Shown here: positions 1-19,169 of the stretch, piece by piece | How positions within the stretch are numbered: the stretch's first letter is position 1 | How the letters are laid out: every line of letters starts with the position of its first letter | From: Eledone cirrhosa | Taxonomy: Eukaryota | DNA: 64,000 bases | Reading direction: 5' to 3' | Assembly: GCA_964016885.1 (NCBI GenBank) | Contig: OZ024740.1 | Coordinates: 441,750,001-441,814,000, forward strand | Made by a program: the position numbers and the translations under genes | The notes under the pieces: generated by a model | What the model was told of the DNA's origin: nothing | Database searches by the model: none | The model's input: only the letters and a program-made list of their open reading frames with translations

Positions 1-1764
1 ACATACGATATATATTACTACAATATACATACGATATATATTACCACAATATATATAATATATATATTACCACAATATACATACGATATATATTACCACA
101 ATATACATACGTTACATATTACCACAATATATATACGTTATAAATTACCACAATATATATACGATATATATTACCACAATATACATATAATATGTATTAC
201 CACAATATACATACGGTATATATTACCACAATATACATACAGTATATATTACCACAATATATATACGATATATACTACCACAATATATATACGTTATATA
301 TTACCACAATATACATACGATATATATTACCACAATATACATACGATATATATTACCCCAATATATATACGATATATACTACCACAATATATATACGATA
401 TATACTACCACAATATATATACGATATATACTACCACAATATATATACGTTATATATTACCACAATATATATACGATATATATTACCACAATATATAAAC
501 GTTATATACTACCACAATTTGCATACGATATATATTACCACAACATACATACGATATATATTACCACAATATATATACGATATATATTACCACAATATAT
601 ATACGTTATATATTACCACAATATACATACGATATATATTACCACAATATACATACGATATATATTACCACAATATACATACGATATATATTACCCCAAT
701 ATATATACGATATACACTACCACAATATATATACGATATATACTACCACAATATATATACGATATATACTACCACAATATATATACGTTATATATTACCA
801 CAATATATATACGATATATATTACCACAATATATAAACGTTATATACTACCACAATTTACATACGATATATATTACCACAACATACATACGGTATATATT
901 ACCACAATATATATACGATATATATTACCACAATATACATACGACATATATTCCCACAATATACATACGATATATATTACCACAATATACGTACGATATA
1001 TATTACCACAATATATATACGATATATATTACCACATTATACATACGATATCTACTACCACAATATATATACGTTATATATTACCACAATATATATACGA
1101 TATATATTACCATAATATACATTCGGTATATATTACCACAATTTATATGCGTTATATATTACCACAATATATATACGATATATATTACCACAATATATAT
1201 ACGTTATATATTACCACAATATATATACGATATATATTACCACAATATACGTACGATATATATTACCACAATATATATACGATATATATTACCACAATAT
1301 ACATACGATATCTAATACCACAATATATATACGTTATATATTACCACAATATATATACGATATATATTACAACAATATACATACGATATATACTACCACA
1401 ATATATATACGTTATATATTACCACAATATATACACGATATATATTACTACAATATACATACAATATATACTACCACAATATATATACGTTATATATTAC
1501 CACAATATATATACGTTATATATTACCACAATATATATACGATATATATTACCACAATATATATACGTTATATATTACCACAATATACATACGATATATA
1601 TTACCACAATATACATACGATATATACTACCACAATAAATATACGTTATATATTACCACAACATATATACGATATATATTACCACAATATATATACGTTA
1701 TATATTACCACAATATACATACGATATATATTACCACAATATACATACGATATATATTACCACA

Positions 1765-3620
1765 ATATATATAAGATATATATTACCACAATATATATAC
1801 GTTATATATTACCACAATATACATACGTTATATATTACCACAATATATTTACGTTATATATTACCACAATATATATACGATATATATTACCCCAATATGC
1901 GTACGATATATATTACCACAATATACATACGTTATATATTACCACAATATACATACGGTATATATTACCACAATATATATACGATTTATACTACCACAAT
2001 ATATATACGTTATATATTACCACAATATATATACGACATATATTACCACAATATACATACGTTATATACTACCACAATATACATACGATATATATTACCA
2101 CAATATATATATGATATATATTACCACAATATATATACGATATATATTAATACAATATACATACGATATATATTACCAGAATATATATACGATATATATT
2201 ACCACAATATATATCCGATATATACTACCACAATATACATACGATATATATTACCACAATATACATACGATGTATATTACCACAATATACATACGTTATA
2301 TATTACCACAATATATATACGATATAAATTACCACAATATATATACGATATATATTACCACAATATATATACGTTATATACTACCACAATATACATACGG
2401 TATATATTACCACAATATATATACGATATATATTACCACAATATATATACGTTATATATTACCACAATATACATACGATATATATTACCACAATATATAT
2501 ACGTTATATATTACCACAATATACATACGATATATATTACCACAATATATATACGATATATATTACCACAATATAGATACGATATATATTCCCACAATAT
2601 ACATACGATATATATTACCACAATATATATACGATATATACTACCACAATATATATACGATATGTACTACCACAATATATATACGTTATATATTACCACA
2701 ATATACATACGATATATATTACCACAATATACATACGATATATATTACCACAATATACATACGATATATAATACCACAATATATATACGATATATATTAC
2801 CACAATATATATACGTTATATACTACCACAATATACATACGGTATATATTACCACAATATATATACGATATATATTACCACAATATACATACGATATATA
2901 TTACCACAATATACATACGATATATATTACCACAATATATATACGTTATATATTACCACAATATACATACGATATATACTACCACAAAATATATACGATA
3001 TATATTACCACAATATATATACGTTATATATTACCACAATATACATACGATATATATTACCACAATATACATACGATATATATTACCACAATATATATAA
3101 GATATATATTACCACAATATACATACGATATATATTACCACAATATACATACGTTATATATTACCACAATATATTTACGTTATATATTACCACAATATAT
3201 ATACGATATATATTACCCCAATATGCGTACGATATATATTACCACAATATACATACGTTATATATTACCACAATATACATACGGTATATATTACCACAAT
3301 ATATATACGATTTATACTACCACAATATATATACGTTATATATTACCACAATATATATACGACATATATTACCACAATATACATACGTTATATACTACCA
3401 CAATATACATACGATATATATTACCACAATATATATACGATATATATTACCACAATATATATACGATATATATTAATACAATATACATACGATATATATT
3501 ACCAGAATATATATACGATATATATTACCACAATATATATCCGATATATACTACCACAATATACATACGATATATATTACCACAATATACATACGATGTA
3601 TATTACCACAATATACATAC
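1765..3620 (+). repeat. Direct repeat of ~520 bp (~1765-2290 and ~3090-3620), offset 1326 = 51 monomers
   Basis: CCCCAATATGCGTACG occurs twice (ATG at 1897/3223), AAG at 1773/3099 and ATGTA at 2270/3596. Confidence 0.85.
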
Positions 3621-6600
3621 GGTATATATTACCACAATATATATACGATATATATGACCACAATATATATACGATATATATTACCACAATATATATACGA
3701 TATATATTACCACAATATATATACGATATATATTACCACAATATACATACGATATATATTACAACAATATACTTACGTTATATATTACCACAATATACAT
3801 ACAGTATATATTACCACAATATATATACGATATATACTACCACAATATATATACGTTATATATTACCACAATATACATACGATATATATTACCACAATAT
3901 ACATACGATATATATTACCCCAATATATATACGATATACACTACCACAATATATATACGATATATACTACCACAATATATATACGATATATACTACCACA
4001 ATATATATACGTTATATATTACCACAATATATATACTATATATATTACCACAATATATAAACGTTATATACTACCACAATTTACATACGATATATATTAC
4101 CACAACATACATACGGTATATATTACCACAATATATATACGTTATATATTACCACAATATACATACGATATATATTACCACAATATACATACGATATATA
4201 TTACCACAATATACATACGATATATAATACCACAATATATATACGTTATATATTACCACAATATATATACGATATATATTACCACAATATATATACGTTA
4301 TATATTACCACAATATACATACGATATATATTACCACAATATACATACGATATATATTACCACAATATATATACGATAAATACTACCACAATATACATAC
4401 GATATATATTACCACAATATATATACGATATATATTACCACAATATATATACGTTATATATTACCACAATATACATACGATATATATTACCACAATATAT
4501 ATACGATATATACTACCACAATATATATACGATATATATTACTACAATATACATACGACATATATTACCACAATATATATACGGTATATACTACCACAAT
4601 ATATATACGATATATATTACCACAATATACATACGATATATATTACCACAATATACACACGATATATACTACCACAATATATATACGTTATATATTACCA
4701 CAATATATATACGTTATATATTACCACAATATATATACGATATATATTACCACAATATATATACGTTATATATTACCACAATATACATACGATATATGTT
4801 ACCACAATATAAATACGATATATATTACCACAATATACATACGATATATACTACGACAATATACATACGATATATATTACCACAATATACATACTATATA
4901 TATTACCACAATATACATATGATATATATTACCACAATATACATACGATATATATTACCACAATATATATACGATATATATTACCACAATATACATACGA
5001 TATATATTACCACAATATACATACGATATATATTACCACAATATACATACTGTATATATTACCACAATATATATACGATATATATTACCAAAATATACAT
5101 ACAATATATATTAACATAATATACATACGATATATATTAATACAATATATATACGATATATATTATATTACCACAATATACATACGATATATATTACCAC
5201 AATATATATACGTTATATATTACCACAATATACATACGATATATATTACCACAATATACATAAGATATATATTACCTCAATATATATACGATATATATTA
5301 CCACAATATATATACGATATATATTACCACAATATATATACGATATATATTACCACAATATACATACGTTATATATTACCACTATATACATTCGTTATAT
5401 ATTACCACAATATACATACGATGTATACTACCACAATATACATACGATATATATTACCACAATATACATACGGTATATATTACCACAATATACATACGAT
5501 ATATATTCCCACAATATATATACGATATATATTACCACAATATATATACGATATATATTACCACAATATATATACGATATATATTACCACAATATATATA
5601 CGTTGTATATTAATACAATATACATACGAGATATATTACCACAATATATATACGTTATATATTACCACAATATATATACGTTATATACTACCACAATATA
5701 TATACGGTATATATTACTACAATATATATACGATATATATTACCACAATATACATACGATATATATTACCACAATATCCATACGATATATATTACCACAA
5801 TATATATACGTTATATATTAACACAATATACATACGATATATACTACCACAATATATATACGATATATATTACCACAATATATATACGTTATATATTACC
5901 ACAATATACATACGATATATATTACCACAATATATATAAGATATATATTACCACAATATACATACGATATATATTACCACAATATACATACGTTATATAT
6001 TACCACAATATATATACGTTATATATTACCACAATATAAATACGATATATATTACCACAATATACATAAGATATATATTACCACAATATACATACGATAT
6101 ATATTACCACAATATACATACGGTATACATTACCACAATATATATACGATATATATTACCACAATATATACACGATATATATTACCACAATATATATACG
6201 TTATATATTAATACAATATACATACGAGATATATTACCACAATATATATACGTTATATACTACCACAATATATATACAGTATATATTACCACAATATATA
6301 TACGATATATATTACCACAATATACATACGATATATATTATCACAATATACATACGATATATATTACCACGATATATATACGTTATATATTACCACAATA
6401 TACATACGATATATATTACTACAATATACATACGATATATATTACCACAATATATATAATATATATATTACCACAATATACATACGATATATATTACCAC
6501 AATATACATACGTTACATATTACCACAATATATATACGTTATAAATTACCACAATATATATACGATATATATTACCACAATATACATATAATATGTATTA

Positions 6601-6935
6601 CCACAATATACATACGGTATATATTACCACAATATACATACAGTATATATTACCACAATATATATACGATATATACTACCACAATATATATACGTTATAT
6701 ATTACCACAATATACATACGATATATATTACCACAATATACATACGATATATATTACCCCAATATATATACGATATATACTACCACAATATATATACGAT
6801 ATATACTACCACAATATATATACGATATATACTACCACAATATATATACGTTATATATTACCACAATATATATACGATATATATTACCACAATATATAAA
6901 CGTTATATACTACCACAATTTACATACGATATATA

Positions 6936-9900
6936 TTACCACAACATACATACGATATATATTACCACAATATATATACGATATATATTACCACAATATA
7001 CATACGACATATATTCCCACAATATACATACGATATATATTACCACAATATACGTACGATATATATTACCACAATATATATACGATATATATTACCACAA
7101 TATACATACGATATCTACTACCACAATATATATACGTTATATATTACCACAATATATATACGATATATATTACCATAATATACATTCGGTATATATTACC
7201 ACAATTTATATGCGTTATATATTACCACAATATATATACGATATATATTACCACAATATATATACGTTATATATTACCACAATATAAGTACGATATATAT
7301 TACCACAATATATATACGATATATATTACCACAATATACATACGATATCTACTACCACATTATATATACGTTATATATTACCACAATATATATACGATAT
7401 ATATTACCACAATATACATACGATATATACTACCACAATATATATACGTTATATATTACCACAATATATACACGATATATATTACCACAATATACATACG
7501 ATATATACTACCACAATATATATATGTTATGTATTACCACAATATATATACGTTATATATTACCACAATATATATACGATATATATTACCACAATATATA
7601 TACGTTATATATTACCACAATATACATACGATATATATTACCACAATATACATACGATATATACTACCACAATAAATATACGTTATATATTACCACAACA
7701 TATATACGATATAGCTTAACACAATATATATACGTTATATATTACCACAATATACATACGATATATATTTCCAGAATATACATACGATATATATTACCAC
7801 AATATACATACGATATATATTACCATAATATATATACGTTATATATTACCACAATATACATACGATATATATTACCACAATATACATACGATATATATTA
7901 CCACAATATATATACGGTATATATTAGCACAATATATATACGATATATACTACCACAATATACATACGATATATATTACCAGAATATACATACGGTATAT
8001 ATTACCACAATATATATACGATATATATTACCACAATATACATACGATATATATTCCCACAATATACTTATGATATATATTACCACAATATACATACGTT
8101 ATATATTACCACAATATATATACGATATATATTACCACAATATATATACGATATATATTACCACAATATATATACGTTATATACTACCACAATATACATA
8201 CGGTATATATTACCACAATATATATAAGATATATATTACCACAATATACATACGATATATATTACCACAATATACATACGATATATATTACCACAATATA
8301 TATACGTTATATATTACCACAATATACATACGATATATACTACCACAAAATATATACGATATATATTACCACAATATATATACGTTATATATTACCACAA
8401 TATACATACGATATAGATTACCACAATATACATACGATATATATTACCACAATATATATACGATATATATTACCACAATATAGATACGATATATATTCCC
8501 ACAATATACATACGATATATATTACCACAATATATATACGATATATACTACCACAATATATATACGATATATACTACCACAATATACATACGATATATAC
8601 TACCATAATATATATACGATATATACTACCACAATATATATACGTTATATATTACCACAATATACATACGATATATATTACCACAATATATATACGATAA
8701 ATATTACCACAATATACATACGATATATATTACCACAATATACATACGATATATATTACCACAATATACATACTGTATATATTACCACAATATATATACG
8801 ATATATATTACCAAAATATACATACAATATATATTAACATAATATACATACGATATATATTAATACAATATATATACGATATATATTACCACAATATACA
8901 TACGATATATATTACCACAATATATATACGTTATATATTACCACAATATACATACGATATATATTACCACAATATACATAAGATATATATTACCACAATA
9001 TATATACGATATATATTACCACAATATATATACGATATATATTACCACAATATATATACGATATATATTACCACAATATACATACGTTATATATTACCAC
9101 AATATACATTCGTTATATATTACCACAATATACATACGATGTATACTACCACAATATACATACGATATATATTACCACAATATACATACGGTATATATTA
9201 CCACAATATATATACGATATATATTACCACAATATACATACGATATATATTCCCACAATATATATACGATATATATTACCACAATATATATACGATATAT
9301 ATTACCACAATATATATACGATATATATTACCACAATATATATACGATATATAATACCACAATATATATACGTTGTATATTAATACAATATACATACGAG
9401 ATATATTACCACAATATACATAAGATATATATTACCACAATATATATACGTTATATACTACCACAATATATATACGGTATATATTACCACAATATATATA
9501 CGATATATATTACCACATTATACATACGATATATATTACCACAATATTCATACGATATATATTACCACAATATACATACGTTATATATTACCACAATATA
9601 TATACGTTATATATTACCACAATATATATATGATATATATTACCACAATATACATAAGATATATATTACCACAATATACATACGATATATATTACCACAA
9701 TATATATACGATATATATTACCACAATATTCATACGATATATATTACCACAATATACATACGATATACATTACCACAATATACATACGATATATATTACC
9801 ACAATATACATACGATATATATTACCACAATATATATACGATATATATTACCACAATATACATACGATATATATTACCACAATATACATACGATATATAT

Positions 9901-12900
9901 TACCACAATATACATACGGTATATATTACCACAATATATATACGATATATATTACCACAATATATATACGATATATATTACCACAATATATATACGTTAT
10001 ATATTAATACAATATACATACGAGATATATTACCACAATATGTATACGTTATATACTACCAAAATATATATACAGTATATATTACCACAATATATATACG
10101 ATATATATTACCACAATATACATACGATATATATTACCACAATATACATACGATATATATTACCACAATATACATACGGTATATATTACCACAATATATA
10201 TACGAAATATATTACCAAAATATACATACAATATATATTACCACAATATACATACCATATATATTAATACAATATATATACGATATATATTTCCAGAAAC
10301 TACATACGATATATATTACCACAATATACATAAGATATATATTACCACAATATATATACGATATATATTACCACAATATACATACGATATATATTACCAC
10401 AATATATATTCGTTATATATTACCACAATATACATACGATATATATTACCACAACATACATACGGTATATATTACCCCAATATATATACGATATATATTA
10501 CCACAATATACATACGACATATATTCCGACAATATACATACGATATATATTACCACAATATTCATACGATACATACTACCACAATATATATGCGAAATAT
10601 ATTACCACAATATACATACGTTATATATTACCACAATATATATACGATATATATTACCACAACATATATCCGATATATATTACCACAACATACATACGAT
10701 ATATATTACCACAATATATATACGATATATATTACCACAATATACATACGACATATATTCCCACAATATACATACGATATATATTACCACAATATACGTA
10801 CGATATATATTACCACAATATATATACGATATATATTACCACAATATACATACGATATCTACTACCACAATATATATACGTTATATATTACCACAATATA
10901 TATACGATATATATTACCATAATATACATTCGGTATATATTACCACAATTTATATGCGTTATATATTACCACAATATATATACGATATATATTACCACAA
11001 TATATATACGTTATATATTACCACAATATACGTACGATATATATTACCACAATATATATACGATATATATTACCACAATATACATACGATATCTACTACC
11101 ACATTATATATACGTTATATATTACCACAATATATATACGATATATATTACCACAATATACATACGATATATACTACCACAATATATATACGTTATATAT
11201 TACCACAATATATACACGATATATATTACCACAATATACATACGATATATACTACCACAATATATATATGTTATGTATTACCACAATATATATACGTTAT
11301 ATATTACCACAATATATATACGATATATATTACCACAATATATATACGTTATATATTACCACAATATACATACGATATATATTACCACAATATACATACG
11401 ATATATACTACCACAATAAATATACGTTATATATTACCACAACATATATACGATATATCTTACCACAATATATATACGTTATATATTACCACAATATACA
11501 TACGATATATATTTCCAGAATATACATACGATATATATTACCACAATATACATACGATATATATTACCATAATATATATACGTTATATATTACCACAATA
11601 TACATACGATATATATTACCACAATATACATACGATATATATTACCACAATATATATACGGTATATATTAGCACAATATATATACGATATATACTACCAC
11701 AATATACATACGATATATATTACCAGAATATACATACGGTATATATTACCACAATATATATACGATATATATTACCACAATATACATACGATATATATTC
11801 CCACAATATACTTATGATATATATTACCACAATATACATACGTTATATATTACCACAATATATATACGATATATATTACCACAATATATATACGATATAT
11901 ATTACCACAATATATATACGTTATATACTACCACAATATACATACGGTATATATTACCACAATATATATACGATATATATTACCACAATATACATACGAT
12001 ATATATTACCACAATATACATACGATATATATTACCACAATATATATACGTTATATATTACCACAATATACATACGATATATACTACCACAAAATATATA
12101 CGATATATATTACCACAATATATATACGTTATATATTACCACAATATACATACGACATAGATTACCACAATATACATACGATATATATTACCACAATATA
12201 TATACGATATATATTACCACAATATAGATACGATATATATTCCCACAATATACATACGATATATATTACCACAATATATATACGATATATACTACCACAA
12301 TATATATACGATATATACTACCACAATATACATACGATATATACTACCATAATATATATACGATATATACTACCACAATATATATACGTTATATATTACC
12401 ACAATATACATACGATATATATTACCACAATATATATACGATAAATATTACCACAATATACATACGATATATATTACCACAATATACATACGATATATAT
12501 TACCACAATATACATACTGTATATATTACCACAATATATATACGATATATATTACCAAAATATACATACAATATATATTAACATAATATACATACGATAT
12601 ATATTAATACAATATATATACGATATATATTACCACAATATACATACGATATATATTACCACAATATATATACGTTATATATTACCACAATATACATACG
12701 ATATATATTACCACAATATACATAAGATATATATTACCACAATATATATACGATATATATTACCACAATATATATACGATATATATTACCACAATATATA
12801 TACGATATATATTACCACAATATACATACGTTATATATTACCACAATATACATTCGTTATATATTACCACAATATACATACGATGTATACTACCACAATA

Positions 12901-14423
12901 TACATACGATATATATTACCACAATATACATACGGTATATATTACCACAATATATATACGATATATATTACCACAATATACATACGATATATATTCCCAC
13001 AATATATATACGATATATATTACCACAATATATATACGATATATATTACCACAATATATATACGATATATATTACCACAATATATATACGATATATAATA
13101 CCACAATATATATACGTTGTATATTAATACAATATACATACGAGATATATTACCACAATATACATAAGATATATATTACCACAATATATATACGTTATAT
13201 ACTACCACAATATATATACGGTATATATTACCACAATATATATACGATATATATTACCACATTATACATACGATATATATTACCACAATATTCATACGAT
13301 ATATATTACCACAATATACATACGTTATATATTACCACAATATATATACGTTATATATTACCACAATATATATATGATATATATTACCACAATATACATA
13401 AGATATATATTACCACAATATACATACGATATATATTACCACAATATATATACGATATATATTACCACAATATTCATACGATATATATTACCACAATATA
13501 CATACGATATACATTACCACAATATACATACGATATATATTACCACAATATACATACGATATATATTACCACAATATATATACGATATATATTACCACAA
13601 TATACATACGATATATATTACCACAATATACATACGATATATATTACCACAATATACATACGGTATATATTACCACAATATATATACGATATATATTACC
13701 ACAATATATATACGATATATATTACCACAATATATATACGTTATATATTAATACAATATACATACGAGATATATTACCACAATATATATACGTTATATAC
13801 TACCAAAATATATATACAGTATATATTACCACAATATATATACGATATATATTACCACAATATACATACGATATATATTACCACAATATACATACGATAT
13901 ATATTACCACAATATACATACGGTATATATTACCACAATATATATACGAAATATATTACCAAAATATACATACAATATATATTACCACAATATACATACC
14001 ATATATATTAATACAATATATATACGATATATATTTCCAGAAACTACATACGATATATATTACCACAATATACATAAGATATATATTACCACAATATATA
14101 TACGATATATATTACCACAATATACATACGATATATATTACCACAATATATATTCGTTATATATTACCACAATATACATACGATATATATTACCACAACA
14201 TACATACGGTATATATTACCCCAATATATATACGATATATATTACCACAATATACATACGACATATATTCCGACAATATACATACGATATATATTACCAC
14301 AATATTCATACGATATATACTACCACAATATATATGCGAAATATATTACCACCATATACATACGTTATATATTACCACAATATATATACGATATATATTA
14401 CCACAACATATATCCGATATATA
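6936..14423 (+). repeat. Near-perfect tandem duplication of a 3744-bp unit (144 monomers): ~6936-10679 and ~10680-14423
   Basis: Rare variants recur at a constant offset of 3744 = 144x26. ORF starts pair as 7524/11268, 9139/12883, 9630/13374 and 10590/14334. TTTCCAGAAACT occurs at 10290/14034 and CCACAACATATATCCG at 10657/14401. Confidence 0.93.
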
Positions 14424-14549
14424 TTACCGCAATATATATACGATATATATCACCACAATATATATACGATATATATTACCACAATATATATACGATTTAT
14501 ATTACCACAATATATATACGTTATATATTAATACAATATACATACGAGA

Positions 14550-16700
14550 TATATTACCACAATATATATATACGTTATATATTACCACAAATATATACGT
14601 TATATACTACCACAATATATATATACGGTATATATTACCACAATATATATACGATATATATTACCACAATATACATACGATATATATTACCACAATATAC
14701 ATACGATATATATTACCACAATATATATAAGTTATATATTACCACAATATACATACGATATATACTACCACAATATATATTCGATGTATATTACCACAAT
14801 ATATATACGTTATATATTACCACAATATACATACGATATATATTACCACAATATACATATGATATATATTACCACAATATATATAAGATATATATATTAC
14901 CACAATATACATACGATATATATTACCACGATATATATACGTTATATATTACCACAATATACATACGATATAGACTACCACAATATATATACGATATATA
15001 TTACCACAGTATATATACGTTATATATTACCACAATATACATACGATATATATTACCACAATATACATACGATATATATTACCACAATATATATAATATA
15101 TATATTACCACAATATATATACGATATATATTACCACAATATTCATACGTTATATATTACCACAATATATATACGTTATAAATTACCACAATATATATAC
15201 TATATATATTACCACAATATACATATAACATGTATATACTACCACAATATATATTCGATATATATTACCACAATATATATACGTTATATATTACCACAAT
15301 ATACATACGATATATATTACCACAATATACATACGATATATATTACCACAATATATATAAGATATATATATTACCACAATATACATACGATATATATTAC
15401 CACGATATATATACGTTATATATTACCACAATATACATACGATATATACTACCTCAATATATATACGATATATATTACCACAGTATATATACGTTATATA
15501 TTACAACAATATACATACGATATATATTACCACAATATATATACGATATATATTAATACGATATATAATACCACAATATATATACGACATATACTACCAC
15601 AATATATATACGATATATACTACCACAATATACATACGATATATATTACCACAATATATATACGTTATATATTACCACAATATATATACGATATATATTA
15701 CCACAATATATATACGTTATATATTACCACATACGATATATATTACCACATTATATATATGATATATATTACCACAATATCTATACGTTATATATTATCA
15801 CAATATACATACGATATATATTACCACAATATACATACGATATATATTACCACAATATATATAAGATATATATATTACCACAATATACATACGATATATA
15901 TTACCACGATATATATACGTTATATATTACCACAATATACATACGATATATACTACCACAATATATATACGATATATATTACCACAGTATATATACGTTA
16001 TATATTACCACAATATACATACGATATATATTACCACAATATACATACGATATATATTACCACAATATATATAATATATATATTACCACAATATATATAC
16101 GATATATATTACCACAATATACATACGTTATATATTACCACAATATATATACGTTATAAATTACCACAATATATATACGATATATATTACCACAATATAC
16201 ATATAATATGTATATACTACCACAATATATATTCGATATATATTACCACAATATATATACGTTATATATTACCACCATATACATACGATATATATTACCA
16301 CAATACACATACGATATTTATTACCACAATATATATAAGATATATATATATTACCACAATATACATACGATATATATTACCACGATATATATACGTTATA
16401 TATTACCACAATATACATACGATATATACTACCACAATATATATACGATATATATTACCACAGTATATATACGTTATATATTACAACAATATACATACGA
16501 TATATATTACCACAATATATATACGATATATATTAATACGATATATAATACCACAATATATATACGACATATACTACCACAATATATATACGATATATAC
16601 TACCACAATATACATACGATATATATTACCACAATATATATACGTTATATATTACCACAATATATATACGATATATATTACCACATACGATATATACTAC
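14550..16700 (+). repeat. Indel-rich sub-block with 15-, 19-, 25-, 28- and 30-bp monomers and an internal ~980-bp duplication
   Basis: The 15-bp monomer TTAATACGATATATA is at 15553 and 16533. The 19-bp monomer TTACCACATACGATATATA is at 15724 and 16678. Several monomers carry +2 or +4 TA expansions. ORF starts 15230/16208 are 978 bp apart. Confidence 0.88.
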
Positions 16701-19169
16701 CACAATATACATACGATATATATTACCACAATATACATACGGTATATATTACCACAATATATATACGATATATATTACCACAATATACATATGATATATA
16801 TTCCCACAATATATATACGATATATATTACCACAATATATATGCGATATATATTACCACAATATATATACGATATATATTACCACAATATATATACGATA
16901 TATATTACCACAATATATATACGTTGTATATGAATACAATATACATACGAGATATATTACCACAATATATATACGTTATATATTACCACAATATATATAC
17001 GTTATATACTACCACAATATATATACAGTATATATTACCACAATATATATACGATATATATTACCACAATATACATACGATATATATTACCACAATATAC
17101 ATACGATATATATTACCACGATATATATACGTTATATATTACCACAATATACATACGATATATACTACCACAATATATATACGATATATATTACCACAGT
17201 ATATATACGTTATATATTACCACAATATACATACGATATATATTACCACAATATATATACGTTGTATATGAATACAATATACATACGAGATATATTACCA
17301 CAATATATATACGTTATATATTACCACAATATATATACGTTATATACTACCACAATATATATACGGTATATATTACCACAATATATATACGATATATATT
17401 ACCACAATATACATACGATATATATTACCACAATATTCATACGATATATATTACCACAATATATATACGTTATATATTAACACAATATACATACGATATA
17501 TACTACCACAATATATATACGATATATATTACCACAATATATATACGTTATATATTACCACAATATACATACGATATATATTACCACAATATATATAAGA
17601 TATATATTACCACAATATACATACGATATATATTACCACAATATACATACGTTATATATTACCACAATATATATACGTTATATATTACCACAATATATAT
17701 ACGATATATATTACCACAATATACATAAGATATATATTACCACAATATACATACGATATATATTACCACAATATACATACGATATATATTACCACAATAT
17801 TCATACGATATATATTACCACAATATACATACGATATATATTACCACAAAATACATACGATATATATTACCACAATATACATACGATATATATTACCACA
17901 ATATATATACGATATATATTACCACAATATACATACGATATATATTACCACAATATACATACGATATATATTACCACAATATACATACGGTATACATTAC
18001 CACAATATATATACGATATATATTACCACATTATATATACGATATATATTACCACAATATATATACGTTATATATTAATACAATATACATACGAGATATA
18101 TTACCACAATATATATACGTTATATACTACCACAATATATATACAGTATATATTACCACAATATATATACGATATATATTACCACAATATACATACGATA
18201 TATATTACCACAATATACATACGATATATATTACCACGATATATATACGTTATATATTACCACAATATACATACGATATATACTACCACAATATATATAC
18301 GATATATATTACCACAGTATATATACGTTATATATTACCACAATATACATACGATATATATTACCACAATATACATACGATATATATTACCACAATATAT
18401 GTAATATATATATTACCACAATATACATACGATATATATTACCACAATATACATACGTTATATATTACCACAATATATATACGTTATAAATTACCACAAT
18501 ATATATACGATATATATTACCACAATATACATATAATATGTATTACCACAATATACATACGTTATATATTACCACAATATACATACAGTATATATTACCA
18601 CAATATATATGCGATATATACTACCACAATATATATACGTTATATATGACCACAATATACATACGATATATATTACCACAATATACATACGTTATATATT
18701 ACCCCAATATATATACGATATATACTACCACAATATATATACGATATATACTACCACAATATATATACGATATATACTACCACAATATATATACGTTATA
18801 TATTACCACAATATATATACGATATATATTACCACAATATATAAACGTTATATACTACCACAATTTACATACGATATATATTACCACAACATACATACGG
18901 TATATATTACCACAATATATATACGATATATATTACCACAATATACATACGACATATATTCCCACAATATACATACGATATATATTACCACAATATACGT
19001 ACGATATATATTACCACAATATATATACGATATATATTACCACAATATACATACGATATCTACTACCACAATATATATACGTTATATATTACCACAATAT
19101 ATATACGATATATATTACCATAATATACATTCGGTATATATTACCACAATTTATATGCGTTATATATTA

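Noticed and set aside
14550-16700. Transposon footprint or foreign insertion in the irregular block
   Set aside because: All irregularities resolve as short deletions or TA expansions of the same monomer, with no non-satellite sequence.
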